Shown here piece after piece: positions 32,389-41,606 of a stretch of DNA of 55,146 nucleotides; the stretch's first letter is position 1; each line of letters begins with the position of its first letter. The notes under the pieces are model-generated. The model saw nothing but the letters and a program-made list of their open reading frames with translations. It searched no databases and was not told where the DNA came from. The stretch is from positions 1 through 55,146 of the forward strand of contig CAYWXH010000006.1 in assembly GCA_964462295.1 (NCBI GenBank), in the 5' to 3' direction. This stretch comes from an uncultured Atribacterota bacterium (GTDB lineage Bacteria > Atribacterota > JALVIU01). Made by a program: the position numbers and the translations under genes.

Positions 32389-33858
32389 ATGGCAAGAAAA
32401 GAGAGTTTGGTTGATAAAAGCACAAGGGTACTCCTACAAAAGGCTATACAAGGTATTGCAAATAGATCTGAAAAACAGCTATTTACTATGTTAAATCTAT
32501 TAAGTAAAATTGCTCCAGACAAGGATCATAAACAGGTACTTGAATCTATAGCACGGGGTTTTAAGGATGGAAATACATCTTTTTATAAAACTATCCTAAG
32601 AATGCTTAAAGTGGCACATCCTGAGGTCGTTAAAAAGATTATAAATAATCTTATACTAAATGAGATGTTTTTTGGGAATAAGTGGAGAACTCAGTGGAAA
32701 AAGGATAACAATCTACACCCACCTGTATTTTTGGTAATAAGTCCTACCTATGCTTGTAATTTAAATTGTAAAGGTTGCTATGCAGGTCTTTATGGGAATA
32801 GGTATCGTCTCGAATATGAACTTGTTCAGAGAATAATAAGAGAAGCTAATGATATGGGTATATATTTCTTCACCATATCAGGAGGTGAGCCATTTTTCTG
32901 GAGAGATCTATTTAGAATGCTTGAAGAATTCAATGACTCCTATTTCCTAATTTATACCAATGGTACACTTATTAATAAAGATACAGCTCATCGTCTTGCA
33001 GAGTTAGGCAATGCAACACCTGCAATATCTGTTGAAGGATATGAAGAACAGACAGACTATAGAAGAGGAAAAGGTGTGTTTAAAAAGATTATGGAGGCAA
33101 TGGATAACCTAAGAGAAGCAGGTGTAATATTTGGTGCATCTATTACTCATACATCTGTAAATCATGAGATTATAACAAGCGATGAATTTTGGGATATGTT
33201 AATAGATAAAGGAGTTGCCTATTCTTGGATTTTCCAATTAGTCCCTGTAGGAAAAGACGCAGATGATATAAATTATATGCCTACTCCGCAACAAAGACTT
33301 GAAAGATATGAAGCAATTACAAGAGTAAGAAATACAAAACCTATTATGATAGCAGATTTCTGGAATGATGGTGCATATGTAAATGGTTGTCTTGCAGGTG
33401 GTGCAAAATACCTCCATATAGATGCGAAGGGATATGTAGAACCATGTGTATTTGCACATTTTGCAGTAGATAATATAAGAGATAAAAGTTTGAAAGAGGT
33501 ATTACAAGCCCCATTCTTTAAAGCTATAAGGAAGATAAACCCATACACTAAAAATCTCCTTGCCCCATGTATGATAATAGATCATCCTACAATACTTCGT
33601 TCTTTTGTTAAAAAGTATGGTGCCGTACCTACACACGATGGAGCAGAGACTATTCTTACCACTATAAAGGATGAGGTTGATAGAAGGGCAAAAGAGTGGG
33701 AGAGAATTTCAAGACCCGTATGGGAGAGAGATTTTGGTAGCAAAGGCTTTAAAGCTACCTTTGGTGTATATTGTGTAGAAAAAGGGCCTGTTTTACCAAA
33801 AGAAGAAAATAAAGAATCGTCCTCTAAAAAGACAGAAGAAAAGAGCGCGGCTACTTAG
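32389..33858 (+). CDS. Radical SAM protein with SPASM/twitch-like C-terminus
   Basis: CNLNCKGC, SGGEPF, YTNGTLI, GCLAGG..YLHI...GYVEPC.F, PCMIID; AGGAGG SD. Confidence 0.92.
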   Translation: MARKESLVDKSTRVLLQKAIQGIANRSEKQLFTMLNLLSKIAPDKDHKQVLESIARGFKDGNTSFYKTILRMLKVAHPEVVKKIINNLILNEMFFGNKWRTQWKKDNNLHPPVFLVISPTYACNLNCKGCYAGLYGNRYRLEYELVQRIIREANDMGIYFFTISGGEPFFWRDLFRMLEEFNDSYFLIYTNGTLINKDTAHRLAELGNATPAISVEGYEEQTDYRRGKGVFKKIMEAMDNLREAGVIFGASITHTSVNHEIITSDEFWDMLIDKGVAYSWIFQLVPVGKDADDINYMPTPQQRLERYEAITRVRNTKPIMIADFWNDGAYVNGCLAGGAKYLHIDAKGYVEPCVFAHFAVDNIRDKSLKEVLQAPFFKAIRKINPYTKNLLAPCMIIDHPTILRSFVKKYGAVPTHDGAETILTTIKDEVDRRAKEWERISRPVWERDFGSKGFKATFGVYCVEKGPVLPKEENKESSSKKTEEKSAAT

Positions 33859-33872
33859 AATTTTAAGATTTT

Positions 33873-33915
33873 AATAAAAAGGGCTATCTTGAATTAAGAT
33901 AGCCCTTTTTATTTT
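33873..33915 (+). terminator. Rho-independent terminator
   Basis: AATAAAAAGGGCTATCTT-gaatt-AAGATAGCCCTTTTTATT followed by T run. Confidence 0.88.
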
Positions 33916-33982
33916 GCAAGCTATTTTCAAATTTGATTTTTTGTGTTATTATAAAATAAACAAACTATATGGGGTGGATGCA

Positions 33983-34966
33983 ATGTTGGCTGTATTAAAA
34001 ATATTACTTTTTATAGGTTATCTCTTTGCAACGGCAGGATTTTTATTTATAGGGGCATTGAGTCTCTGGGCAAAGAATTTCAAATTAGGAGTCCCCTTTT
34101 TAATATTAGGTCTTATATCTGGTTATACAATATATGCTGTATATATGTGGTATGCCCAGGTAGTACTTTATGTAACTATCTTCTTTATAGTGATAACAGC
34201 TCTTTTTATATGGTATATCTCTGAGCCAAATCTTTCCCCAAAAGAGAGATTCCTTTCTCCTGAAGAGCTCCTAAAGCTAGGAAAAAAGGAGAAGGCCGCA
34301 TATAAGTACCAAAAAATGAAAAAGTACAAGGAAGCCGCCTCTTTGTATGAGGAATTAGGTATGTTAGAGAGTGCCATGTGGGCATATGAAGAGGCAAAGC
34401 TCTGGGATAAAGTTGCAGAACTTGCAGAGGAGATAGGGAAGAAAGAGGAAGATGCCGATTATTATGTAAGAAAGGCAAGGGAAACATACAAAGATAAATT
34501 AGCCAATTATAGAAAGGCTGCAGAACTTACAGAGATTATTGCAAAAGATGAAGGTTGGTATTGGAGGGAGGCAGCAGAGCTTTATGAAAAAGTAGGGGAT
34601 ACAGATAAGGCCAAAGAGTGTATATTAAAGTCATTGGAGTACTATAAAAAGGAAGCAGAAGAAGATGGTGTATTTTATGATGATGTTGCCCAAGATTATA
34701 AGAGATTAGGAGATATAGAAAGGGCAAAAGATGCATATATAAAGTATATAGAATATTGTAAAGAGCAATCCGAGTTAGATAAGGGATGGCTTCGTCATGT
34801 GGCGGAGGGTTACTATAGTCTCTTTAAACTCACAGAAGATGATGCTTATCTGAAGGAGGGTAATAGATATCTTGAAAGGTATAAGGTAGAATATATAGAT
34901 GAAAATATAAAAGATGAGAACTATAAAAGGGAACTTATAGAAGAGATAGAATCATATAAAAAATAA
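33983..34966 (+). CDS. Membrane-anchored helical-repeat (TPR/SNAP-like) hypothetical protein
   Basis: Three N-terminal TM segments, then repeated AA.LYE..G motifs; GGGGTGG SD before ATG 33983. Confidence 0.65.
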   Translation: MLAVLKILLFIGYLFATAGFLFIGALSLWAKNFKLGVPFLILGLISGYTIYAVYMWYAQVVLYVTIFFIVITALFIWYISEPNLSPKERFLSPEELLKLGKKEKAAYKYQKMKKYKEAASLYEELGMLESAMWAYEEAKLWDKVAELAEEIGKKEEDADYYVRKARETYKDKLANYRKAAELTEIIAKDEGWYWREAAELYEKVGDTDKAKECILKSLEYYKKEAEEDGVFYDDVAQDYKRLGDIERAKDAYIKYIEYCKEQSELDKGWLRHVAEGYYSLFKLTEDDAYLKEGNRYLERYKVEYIDENIKDENYKRELIEEIESYKK

Positions 34967-34980
34967 GGGGGTATATATTC

Positions 34981-35358
34981 ATGCTTGCAAAGATTTCTTT
35001 AAATGATATGTTATTTTATGGATTTCATGGGTCTATGGAAGTAGAAAGGGAGCTTGGGCAAAAATTTTTGATCGATGTCACACTTACCTTAAATGTAAAA
35101 GATGCAGTTAAGGAAGATAATCCATCTAAGACTATAAGTTCATATACTATTTATCAAATTACAAGTAGTATTGTTACAGAAAAAAAGTTTTCCCTTATTG
35201 AAACACTTACTTATAACATAGCAAAGTCTTTTTTTGAAAGATTTCCCCATATAGTACACATAACTGTAAAGGTAAAAAGACCAAACCTTTATCTGAGTGG
35301 AATAGTTGGAGGGGCTGAGGTAGAGATGGAGTTTGATAAATCTTCTTTTGAGGGATAA
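34981..35358 (+). CDS. folB: Dihydroneopterin aldolase
   Basis: FYGFHG...ERELGQKFLIDV, LIETL, VKVKRP. Confidence 0.88.
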   Translation: MLAKISLNDMLFYGFHGSMEVERELGQKFLIDVTLTLNVKDAVKEDNPSKTISSYTIYQITSSIVTEKKFSLIETLTYNIAKSFFERFPHIVHITVKVKRPNLYLSGIVGGAEVEMEFDKSSFEG

Positions 35359-35361
35359 GAT

Positions 35362-36357
35362 ATGAAGGTTATACTTCCAGTTGCAGGAAAGGGAACAAGA
35401 CTTAGACCACATACACATACTAAACCTAAATCCCTTGTCCAGGTTGCAGGAAAGGCAGTTATTGATTATATATTAGAAGAGCTATTTATCCTTAAAGATA
35501 TAAATGAATATATATTTATAGTTGATGAAAATGGAAGTGAGGTTAGACGGTATATAGAAAGTCACTATCCTGGAATAAATGCAGTTTTTATTCCTCAAAA
35601 ACAGAAACTTGGACCTGCACATGCTGTGTATCTTGCAAAAGATAAGGTTGAGAAGGGAGAAGATATCCTTATAGTCTTTAATGATACTATATTTATCGCT
35701 GATCTTTATATTATATATACATTAAAAAATAGATATGATGGTCTTATATTCTCAAAAGAGGTGGAAGACTATAAAAGATTTGGGGTAAATGTAGTAAAAG
35801 ATGGATATATTATAGATATGATAGAAAAACCAGATGAACCTATTTCAAAATTGGCACAAGTGGGAATATACTATTTAAAAGATGGCTTTACTCTTATGGG
35901 TTACATAGAGAAGGCTATAAAAGAAGATAAAAAGGTAAAGGGTGAATTTTATTTGCCACCTATTTTTAAGATGATGATAGAGGATGGATTTAAATTTGGT
36001 GCCCCTTCCATAGATGTTTGGCTTGATTGTGGAAAACCAGAGACCCTTCTTGAGACAAATAGGTACCTTTTAAAGAAGAATAACAAGATTTTTGGTGAGT
36101 TAGAAAATGTCTCCATAATCTCTCCTGTATATATAGGGAAAGGATCTAAGATAAAAAATACAGTTATTGGGCCAAATGTTTCTATAGCTGAAAACTGTAC
36201 AATAGAACGTGCTATTCTTCAAGATTGTATTATAAACAGAGGTTCACATATAAAAGATATTGTAATAACTCACTCTCTTATAGGGGAAAATGTTTATGTC
36301 TCTGGAAAAGGAGAGAGGTTAAATATTGGGGATGATTCTGTATTAGAGATTACTTAA
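35362..36357 (+). CDS. Sugar-phosphate nucleotidyltransferase (long RmlA/GalU-like, with C-terminal beta-helix)
   Basis: AGKGTRLRPHT..KPK, LGPAHAV, IEKP, WLDCGKPE.LLETNR, IGPNVSI. Confidence 0.88.
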   Translation: MKVILPVAGKGTRLRPHTHTKPKSLVQVAGKAVIDYILEELFILKDINEYIFIVDENGSEVRRYIESHYPGINAVFIPQKQKLGPAHAVYLAKDKVEKGEDILIVFNDTIFIADLYIIYTLKNRYDGLIFSKEVEDYKRFGVNVVKDGYIIDMIEKPDEPISKLAQVGIYYLKDGFTLMGYIEKAIKEDKKVKGEFYLPPIFKMMIEDGFKFGAPSIDVWLDCGKPETLLETNRYLLKKNNKIFGELENVSIISPVYIGKGSKIKNTVIGPNVSIAENCTIERAILQDCIINRGSHIKDIVITHSLIGENVYVSGKGERLNIGDDSVLEIT

Positions 36358-36368
36358 GGTGATTTGCT

Positions 36369-36962
36369 ACGAAAATCCTTGGGATATCTGATAAGGTTGA
36401 TAAAATACTTTATGATCATTTTAATTTAGAATTTTTTAAGGAAATCGAGCTTATTGTATCCTGTGGAGATCTAAGGCCCGATTTCCTCTCTTTCTTGGTG
36501 GATGCAACAGGTCTTCCTCTTTTTTATGTGCATGGAAACCATGACCTAATCTATAAGGAAAAACCCCCTTTAGGGTGTGATTCTATAGATGGAAAGATTG
36601 TAAAATTTAAGGATCTTACAATCATGGGGCTCGGGGGTTCTATATGGTACAATGGTAAGGGATTCCAATACACAGAAGCTCAGATGAGAAGAAGGATAAG
36701 GAAAATTTTAAGACCGTTTTTTATAAAACGGAAAATTGAAAAAGTAGATATTATAGTAACACATTCCCCGCCCTTCGGTATACATGATGATACTGACAGG
36801 GCACATATAGGATTTAAAGCCTTCATAGATCTCATAAGAGAACTCAAACCCCGGTATTTTTTACACGGCCATGTTCAACCTCGATCATATGGAGATAGGA
36901 TAACTGAATTCGAAGGTACAAAGATAATAAATGTTTTTGGACATTTTAGGGTAGAGGTATGA
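36369..36962 (+). CDS. Calcineurin-like metallophosphoesterase; apparent ACG start
   Basis: In-frame extension upstream of the ORF-track start gives (ACG)KILGISD...SCGDL..., joining HGNHD, THSPP and LHGHV. AAGGTGAT SD 5 nt before the ACG; in-frame TGA at 36360. Confidence 0.8.
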   Translation, partial: TKILGISDKVDKILYDHFNLEFFKEIELIVSCGDLRPDFLSFLVDATGLPLFYVHGNHDLIYKEKPPLGCDSIDGKIVKFKDLTIMGLGGSIWYNGKGFQYTEAQMRRRIRKILRPFFIKRKIEKVDIIVTHSPPFGIHDDTDRAHIGFKAFIDLIRELKPRYFLHGHVQPRSYGDRITEFEGTKIINVFGHFRVEV

Positions 36963-37771
36963 GAGGTAAAACTCATATAGAGAGTTTTGAAGATGCTGCA
37001 AGAAAAGAGAGAGCCATAACGAGTATCTATCTTGGTCTAAAAGATGTGGAACTTGATAAGATAGTGGGAAGTTTTGGGAGGTATCAGGATTTTTTGAAAA
37101 ATTTTGTACCACTATCTTCTGTAGTAAAAGATAAGGTTGAGAGAATGAAAAAATTGATGATAGAAGAAGATTTACCCCCTATAGAACTTTACAAAATTAA
37201 AGATAAGTATTATGTAGTAGATGGAAATCATAGGGTGGCTGCCGCAAAGGCTTTAGGTTTTAAATCTATCCCCGCATATGTTACAGAATATCTACCCCCT
37301 GCAGATAATGAAGAGAATATATTGCTTCATGAGCGTTCTATGTTTGAAAAAATGACAGGACTAGACATAAAAATTACAGAGCCAGGAAAGTATAAGATTC
37401 TTCTTAATCAGATTGAGGAACATAAGAAACATCTTTTAAAAGAAAAAAAGTTTAAACCTACCTTGAAAGAGGCAGCCCTTTCATGGTATTATAAAGTGTA
37501 TTTACCTATCGTCAAAATTATACGAAAGATAGGTATTTTGGAGAGGTTTCCCGGAAGAACAGAAGGAGATCTTTTCATCTATATATGTAATCATAAGTGG
37601 TTTGAAAGCGAAAAACAGGGAAGAGATATAGGTTTTGAAAGGGCAATTGAGAGTTTTCTAAAACTTAACAACCATGAAACAGGTATAAAATATAGAAATA
37701 AATTTATAAATTTTTTATATAGGTTTAAGGATGTTTTAGGACTGAAAGATAACAACAAAACCGGGGCGTAG
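36959..37771 (+). CDS. ParB/Srx-like N-terminal domain protein with DUF4032-like C-terminus
   Basis: KIVGS.GRY.DF...[11 protein letters not shown]...[42 protein letters not shown]. Confidence 0.75.
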   Translation: MRGKTHIESFEDAARKERAITSIYLGLKDVELDKIVGSFGRYQDFLKNFVPLSSVVKDKVERMKKLMIEEDLPPIELYKIKDKYYVVDGNHRVAAAKALGFKSIPAYVTEYLPPADNEENILLHERSMFEKMTGLDIKITEPGKYKILLNQIEEHKKHLLKEKKFKPTLKEAALSWYYKVYLPIVKIIRKIGILERFPGRTEGDLFIYICNHKWFESEKQGRDIGFERAIESFLKLNNHETGIKYRNKFINFLYRFKDVLGLKDNNKTGA

Positions 37772-37835
37772 CGCAGTTTGGCAGCGCGCTTGGTTCGGGA
37801 CCAAGAGGTCGGAGGTTCAAGTCCTCTCGCCCCGA
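37762..37835 (+). tRNA. tRNA-Pro(CGG), CCA not encoded
   Basis: Acceptor CGGGGCG/CGCCCCG plus discriminator A; D-arm GCGC/GCGC; anticodon arm CTTGG-TTCGGGA-CCAAG; T-arm GGAGG-TTCAAGT-CCTCT. Confidence 0.97.
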
Positions 37836-37843
37836 TTTTTTAA

Positions 37844-37926
37844 GAGTCCAGGGGTGCTTACTTTTAGTAAGCTGAGAGATACCCTTAGAACCTGATCTGG
37901 ATAATGCCAGCGTAGGGAGGGAACTC
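37844..37926 (+). ncRNA. TPP riboswitch aptamer
   Basis: AGGGGTGC...GCTGAGAG...ACCCTTAGAACCTGATCTGGATAATGCCAGCGTAGGGA consensus; upstream of a thiamine transporter. Confidence 0.95.
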
Positions 37927-37932
37927 AAGGCT

Positions 37933-37964
37933 AAAATCCCCTGAGGACGCTCAGGGGATTTTTT
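37933..37964 (+). terminator. Riboswitch expression-platform terminator
   Basis: AAAATCCCCTGAG-gacg-CTCAGGGGATTTTTT; the 5' arm can alternatively pair with the aptamer 5' strand GAGTCCAGGGG. Confidence 0.88.
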
Positions 37965-37997
37965 GTAGCACCCTAAAAATAAAAAGGAGGTGCTAAA

Positions 37998-38996
37998 ATG
38001 AAAAGGATTTTTAAGTTTTTCTTCATTGTTTTGGTTTTTGTTTTTTTGACAAGAGGGGCCTTCTCTCTTACTATCTACTCTTATGATAGTTTTGTCTCTT
38101 ATGGATTGTCCAAAAAAGTTATCCCTCTTTTTGAAAAACTTTATAATGAAAAGGTAGAGGTTAGAACCTATGGAGATGCAGGCTCTCTGCTTTCACGTGT
38201 AATTTTAGAAAAACAAAGACCAAAAGCAGATATAGTTTTGGGAATAGATCAAAATTTGTTGCCTCGAGCATTAAAAGAGAATGTATTTGTCCCATACAAA
38301 CCTAAGAATCTTAAAAATATAAAAAATAAGGAACTTATATTTGACACTACTTATCATCTCATCCCATATGATTTTGGAGCTATCGCTATAGTGTATGATA
38401 AAAAGGGTCTCAGTACTCCTCCGCAAACCTTTGAAGAACTTTTAGATCCGAAGTTTAAAAAGAGTTTAATTATTGAAGACCCTCGTACTTCGAGTACAGG
38501 TCTTGCATTTTTGTACTGGACTATTGCAGTTTATAAAGATGGATTTACTTCTTATTGGAAAAAATTAATACCGAATATTCTTACCATAACCTCTGGTTGG
38601 GATGAAGCATTTAATCTGTTTTCAAATGGAGAGGCCCCTATGATGGTAAGTTATGCTACTGATCCTGCATATAGTTATGAAAATTATAAGACTTTAAAGT
38701 ATGGGGCAGTTATATTTAAAGAAGGTGGTTATATACAGATAGAAGGAGCTGGAATTGTAAAAGGTACAAAGAATTTGGAATCTGCCAAGAAATTTATAGA
38801 GTTTATGTTAACTCCAGAATTTCAAAGAGAGATACCTCTTACTCAATGGATGTTTCCTGTTCTTAATGTATCACTTCCTGTATCTTTTAAATATGCGGCA
38901 AGAGTAGATAAAATTCTTACGATACCTCCTGAGATTATTTCCAAAAATCAGGATAAATGGATTCGTAGGTGGGAAGAGATCATTGTCTCTAAATAA
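37998..38996 (+). CDS. thiB: Thiamine ABC transporter substrate-binding protein
   Basis: [55 protein letters not shown]; TPP riboswitch upstream. Confidence 0.92.
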   Translation: MKRIFKFFFIVLVFVFLTRGAFSLTIYSYDSFVSYGLSKKVIPLFEKLYNEKVEVRTYGDAGSLLSRVILEKQRPKADIVLGIDQNLLPRALKENVFVPYKPKNLKNIKNKELIFDTTYHLIPYDFGAIAIVYDKKGLSTPPQTFEELLDPKFKKSLIIEDPRTSSTGLAFLYWTIAVYKDGFTSYWKKLIPNILTITSGWDEAFNLFSNGEAPMMVSYATDPAYSYENYKTLKYGAVIFKEGGYIQIEGAGIVKGTKNLESAKKFIEFMLTPEFQREIPLTQWMFPVLNVSLPVSFKYAARVDKILTIPPEIISKNQDKWIRRWEEIIVSK

Positions 38997-40584
38997 GAGA
39001 TGGGGATCGGTATCTCTTTGGATACCGATCCTCTTTTTTCTGAGTTTTCTCTATATACCTTTAGTATTTTTTTTGGGAAATTATTTTTCCCCCTTTGGTT
39101 TATTTTCGGTTTTAAAAGGTAATTTATATTTAAAAATCCTCTCCTTTACATTTAAAGAATCTTTTTTATCTGCATTTATTACAGTAGTAGTGGCACTTCC
39201 TGGTGCATATCTTGTAGCAAGAACAAGATTTTTTGGGAAGAAGTTTTTTTTATCTCTTTCTCTTATTTCATTTATAATGCCTGGAATGAGTGTTGCCTTG
39301 GGTTTTGTGCTTTTATTTGGGAAGAGAGGTCTTATATACACCTTATTTGGAATAAATATCCCTATTCTTTATACTTTTTGGGCTATTATTCTTGCCCATA
39401 TATTTTATAATCTTGCGTTATCCATAAGAATTATTGGGAGTCAATGGGAAGGTTTTTCTAAAACTTATGAAGAAGAGGCAAAGATTCAAGGGGCAACTCC
39501 ACTTCAAATTTTTTATTTTGTAGACCTTCCATATCTTTTCCCTGCTATACTCTCAGCTTTTCTAATAACCTTTATATATTCTTTTATGAGTTTTGCCATT
39601 GTTCTTGTTTTAGGAGGGGTAAGATATGTAACATTGGAGGTAGAAATTTATATGTACCTTACAAAATTGATAAATTTTAAAGAAGCGGCAAACTTGGCGT
39701 GGTTGCAATTTATAATTCTTTTATTTTTATCTTATATATTGTTCTGGATAAAAGGTAAATATAATTTTAGTTATGTGAAAGAAGAGGAAAATCTAAAAAG
39801 GTTTCCTGTTTGGGGATATTTTTATGGTATAGTAATATTTTTATTAATTTTTCTCCCTATGGGTGCTATGTTTATTGGGGGATTTTGGGATTTTATAAAT
39901 CATAGGGTTACATTACTATGGTTTTCTAACCTTTTTTCTAAGAATTTTAATGCTTATATAGGTACAAGTCTATTTCTTCCTATTATAAATACCTTTACTT
40001 ATGCATTTTGTTCAGTATTTTTGGTATCTTTTCTTATTATTATAGGGAGCTTTTATGTTGTGTATAAAAAGAGATATAAAAGCCTTTTTTCCCTTGTTTT
40101 TGCAAGTTCACTCTTTATATCTCCTATAACATTAGGTTTCTCGTATATCTATATAAAAAATTGGATAGCTTTTTATCCAAGATGGGGTATAATTATTGCA
40201 CATACTTTAATTGCCCTTCCTATAGCTATGCAGATCTTCTTTGAAGGGAGAGAGTCTCTCCATGATTCTTTAAGAGAGGCTGCCTTTATAGATGGTGCAG
40301 GTATAGTCAAAACCTTCATCTATGTAGAATTACCTATGTTAATACCATATATAGTATCCTCACTTTCTATCTCTTTTGCTATATCTATGGGGGAGGTGGG
40401 GGCTACTTTGCTTTTGTACGATACATCACAAAATATGACTATTCCTGTAGCAATGATAAGGTTATTGTCCGCAAGGCGAATGGGTGAAGCGCAAGCATAT
40501 TCTACGCTTCTTTTTATATCTGCTTTCCTCTTATTTTTGTTTACAGATTTTTTCTTAAGGAGAATTTCGAAATCGGTATATTAG
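38983..40584 (+). CDS. thiP: Thiamine ABC transporter permease
   Basis: Duplicated permease with two EAA loops (EEEAKIQGA, REAAFIDGA), AHIFYN, SMGEVGAT. Confidence 0.85.
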   Translation: MSLNKRWGSVSLWIPILFFLSFLYIPLVFFLGNYFSPFGLFSVLKGNLYLKILSFTFKESFLSAFITVVVALPGAYLVARTRFFGKKFFLSLSLISFIMPGMSVALGFVLLFGKRGLIYTLFGINIPILYTFWAIILAHIFYNLALSIRIIGSQWEGFSKTYEEEAKIQGATPLQIFYFVDLPYLFPAILSAFLITFIYSFMSFAIVLVLGGVRYVTLEVEIYMYLTKLINFKEAANLAWLQFIILLFLSYILFWIKGKYNFSYVKEEENLKRFPVWGYFYGIVIFLLIFLPMGAMFIGGFWDFINHRVTLLWFSNLFSKNFNAYIGTSLFLPIINTFTYAFCSVFLVSFLIIIGSFYVVYKKRYKSLFSLVFASSLFISPITLGFSYIYIKNWIAFYPRWGIIIAHTLIALPIAMQIFFEGRESLHDSLREAAFIDGAGIVKTFIYVELPMLIPYIVSSLSISFAISMGEVGATLLLYDTSQNMTIPVAMIRLLSARRMGEAQAYSTLLFISAFLLFLFTDFFLRRISKSVY

Positions 40585-40595
40585 GAGAAGGTGGC

Positions 40596-41606
40596 CTAAG
40601 ATAGGTCTTTAAAACCATATCTTTTTTTGATATCCTCTATCTTTTTCATATCTATATCTCCCGTTGTAGTCTCCCAAAAAAGACATGCTCCTGCAAGAGT
40701 AACGCCTAATTCCATAGAAGATTTTATATCCCATTTTTTTATAGTACCATACAACACCCCTGCAAAAAATGCATCTCCTGCTCCAAGTGTATTTACTATC
40801 TTTCCTGAAGGGATATCAAGGGATGGTTGGATTATTACCTTTGTATCATCTGTTACCCCTACAGCACCTTGAGGAAAGTGTACTATTACATATTCCCTGA
40901 CACCATGTGATTTTAACATTTTGGATGCTTCAATGACATTGTTTATATCTATTTCCTTCCCTTTATTTATCTTTATATCTGTAAGTTTTTCTGCCTCTAA
41001 TTCATTTATAATAAGATAATCTACATATTTTAGGGTAGGTAGTACAGTTTTTTTAAATTCTCCTTCCATACTTACAAGATCAAGTGCTATTTTTGCATTT
41101 TGCAATTTAAGCTCTGAAAATAATCTTGATGCTATATTGCCAAATTTTTTATCCTCTTTTTCAAGAGAAGGGAGGGCCATGAGGTAACCTAGATAAAAAA
41201 TGGAATCTCTTAATTCTTTTATAGGGAAATCTGAAATATTAAGTAAGGTATTTGCCCCCTGGTTATGGAAAAAAGTCCTTCGCCCTGTATCTATCTCTGT
41301 CATGACATCTGTATAAGATGTAGGGCTATTTGGCTCTATTTTTATCCATCTTGTATCTATATTCTCCCTTTTAAGTTTTTCTAATATTATTTCTCCTGCT
41401 TTATCTTTTCCTACTTTTCCAAGGGCATATAGAGGAAGGGAGGCATCAAGTCTTCTAAGATTTATACCTACATTATGAGGGCCTCCCCCAATTCCCATGC
41501 TTTCTTTTCGAATATATGATAGATAACCTATTTGCGGATAGTAATCTATAAATTTTATATAATCGACAATCCATGTACCAGAAAGTACGATTTTCCTATT
41601 TCTCAC
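40596..41606 (-). CDS. PfkB family carbohydrate kinase
   Basis: GGGPHNV, GKVGKD..G, INELEA, NTLGAGDAFFAG. Confidence 0.88.
   Translation of the reverse strand: MRNRKIVLSGTWIVDYIKFIDYYPQIGYLSYIRKESMGIGGGPHNVGINLRRLDASLPLYALGKVGKDKAGEIILEKLKRENIDTRWIKIEPNSPTSYTDVMTEIDTGRRTFFHNQGANTLLNISDFPIKELRDSIFYLGYLMALPSLEKEDKKFGNIASRLFSELKLQNAKIALDLVSMEGEFKKTVLPTLKYVDYLIINELEAEKLTDIKINKGKEIDINNVIEASKMLKSHGVREYVIVHFPQGAVGVTDDTKVIIQPSLDIPSGKIVNTLGAGDAFFAGVLYGTIKKWDIKSSMELGVTLAGACLFWETTTGDIDMKKIEDIKKRYGFKDLS

Noticed and set aside
32389-33858. RiPP maturase cluster around the radical SAM/SPASM gene
   Set aside because: No precursor peptide ORF, PqqD-like partner, peptidase or exporter lies between the promoter and terminator.
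36959-37771. Chromosome or plasmid partition ParB
   Set aside because: No parA, no evident HTH or dimerisation domain, no parS-like palindromes noticed; only the ParB/Srx catalytic motif is present.
37762-37835. tRNA as a genomic-island attachment site
   Set aside because: No integrase, no duplicated tRNA 3' end seen, and the flanks are housekeeping-type genes.
37725-37928. 67-aa minus-strand ORF
   Set aside because: It is the reverse complement of tRNA-Pro and the TPP riboswitch ([15 protein letters not shown] is a typical tRNA shadow translation).
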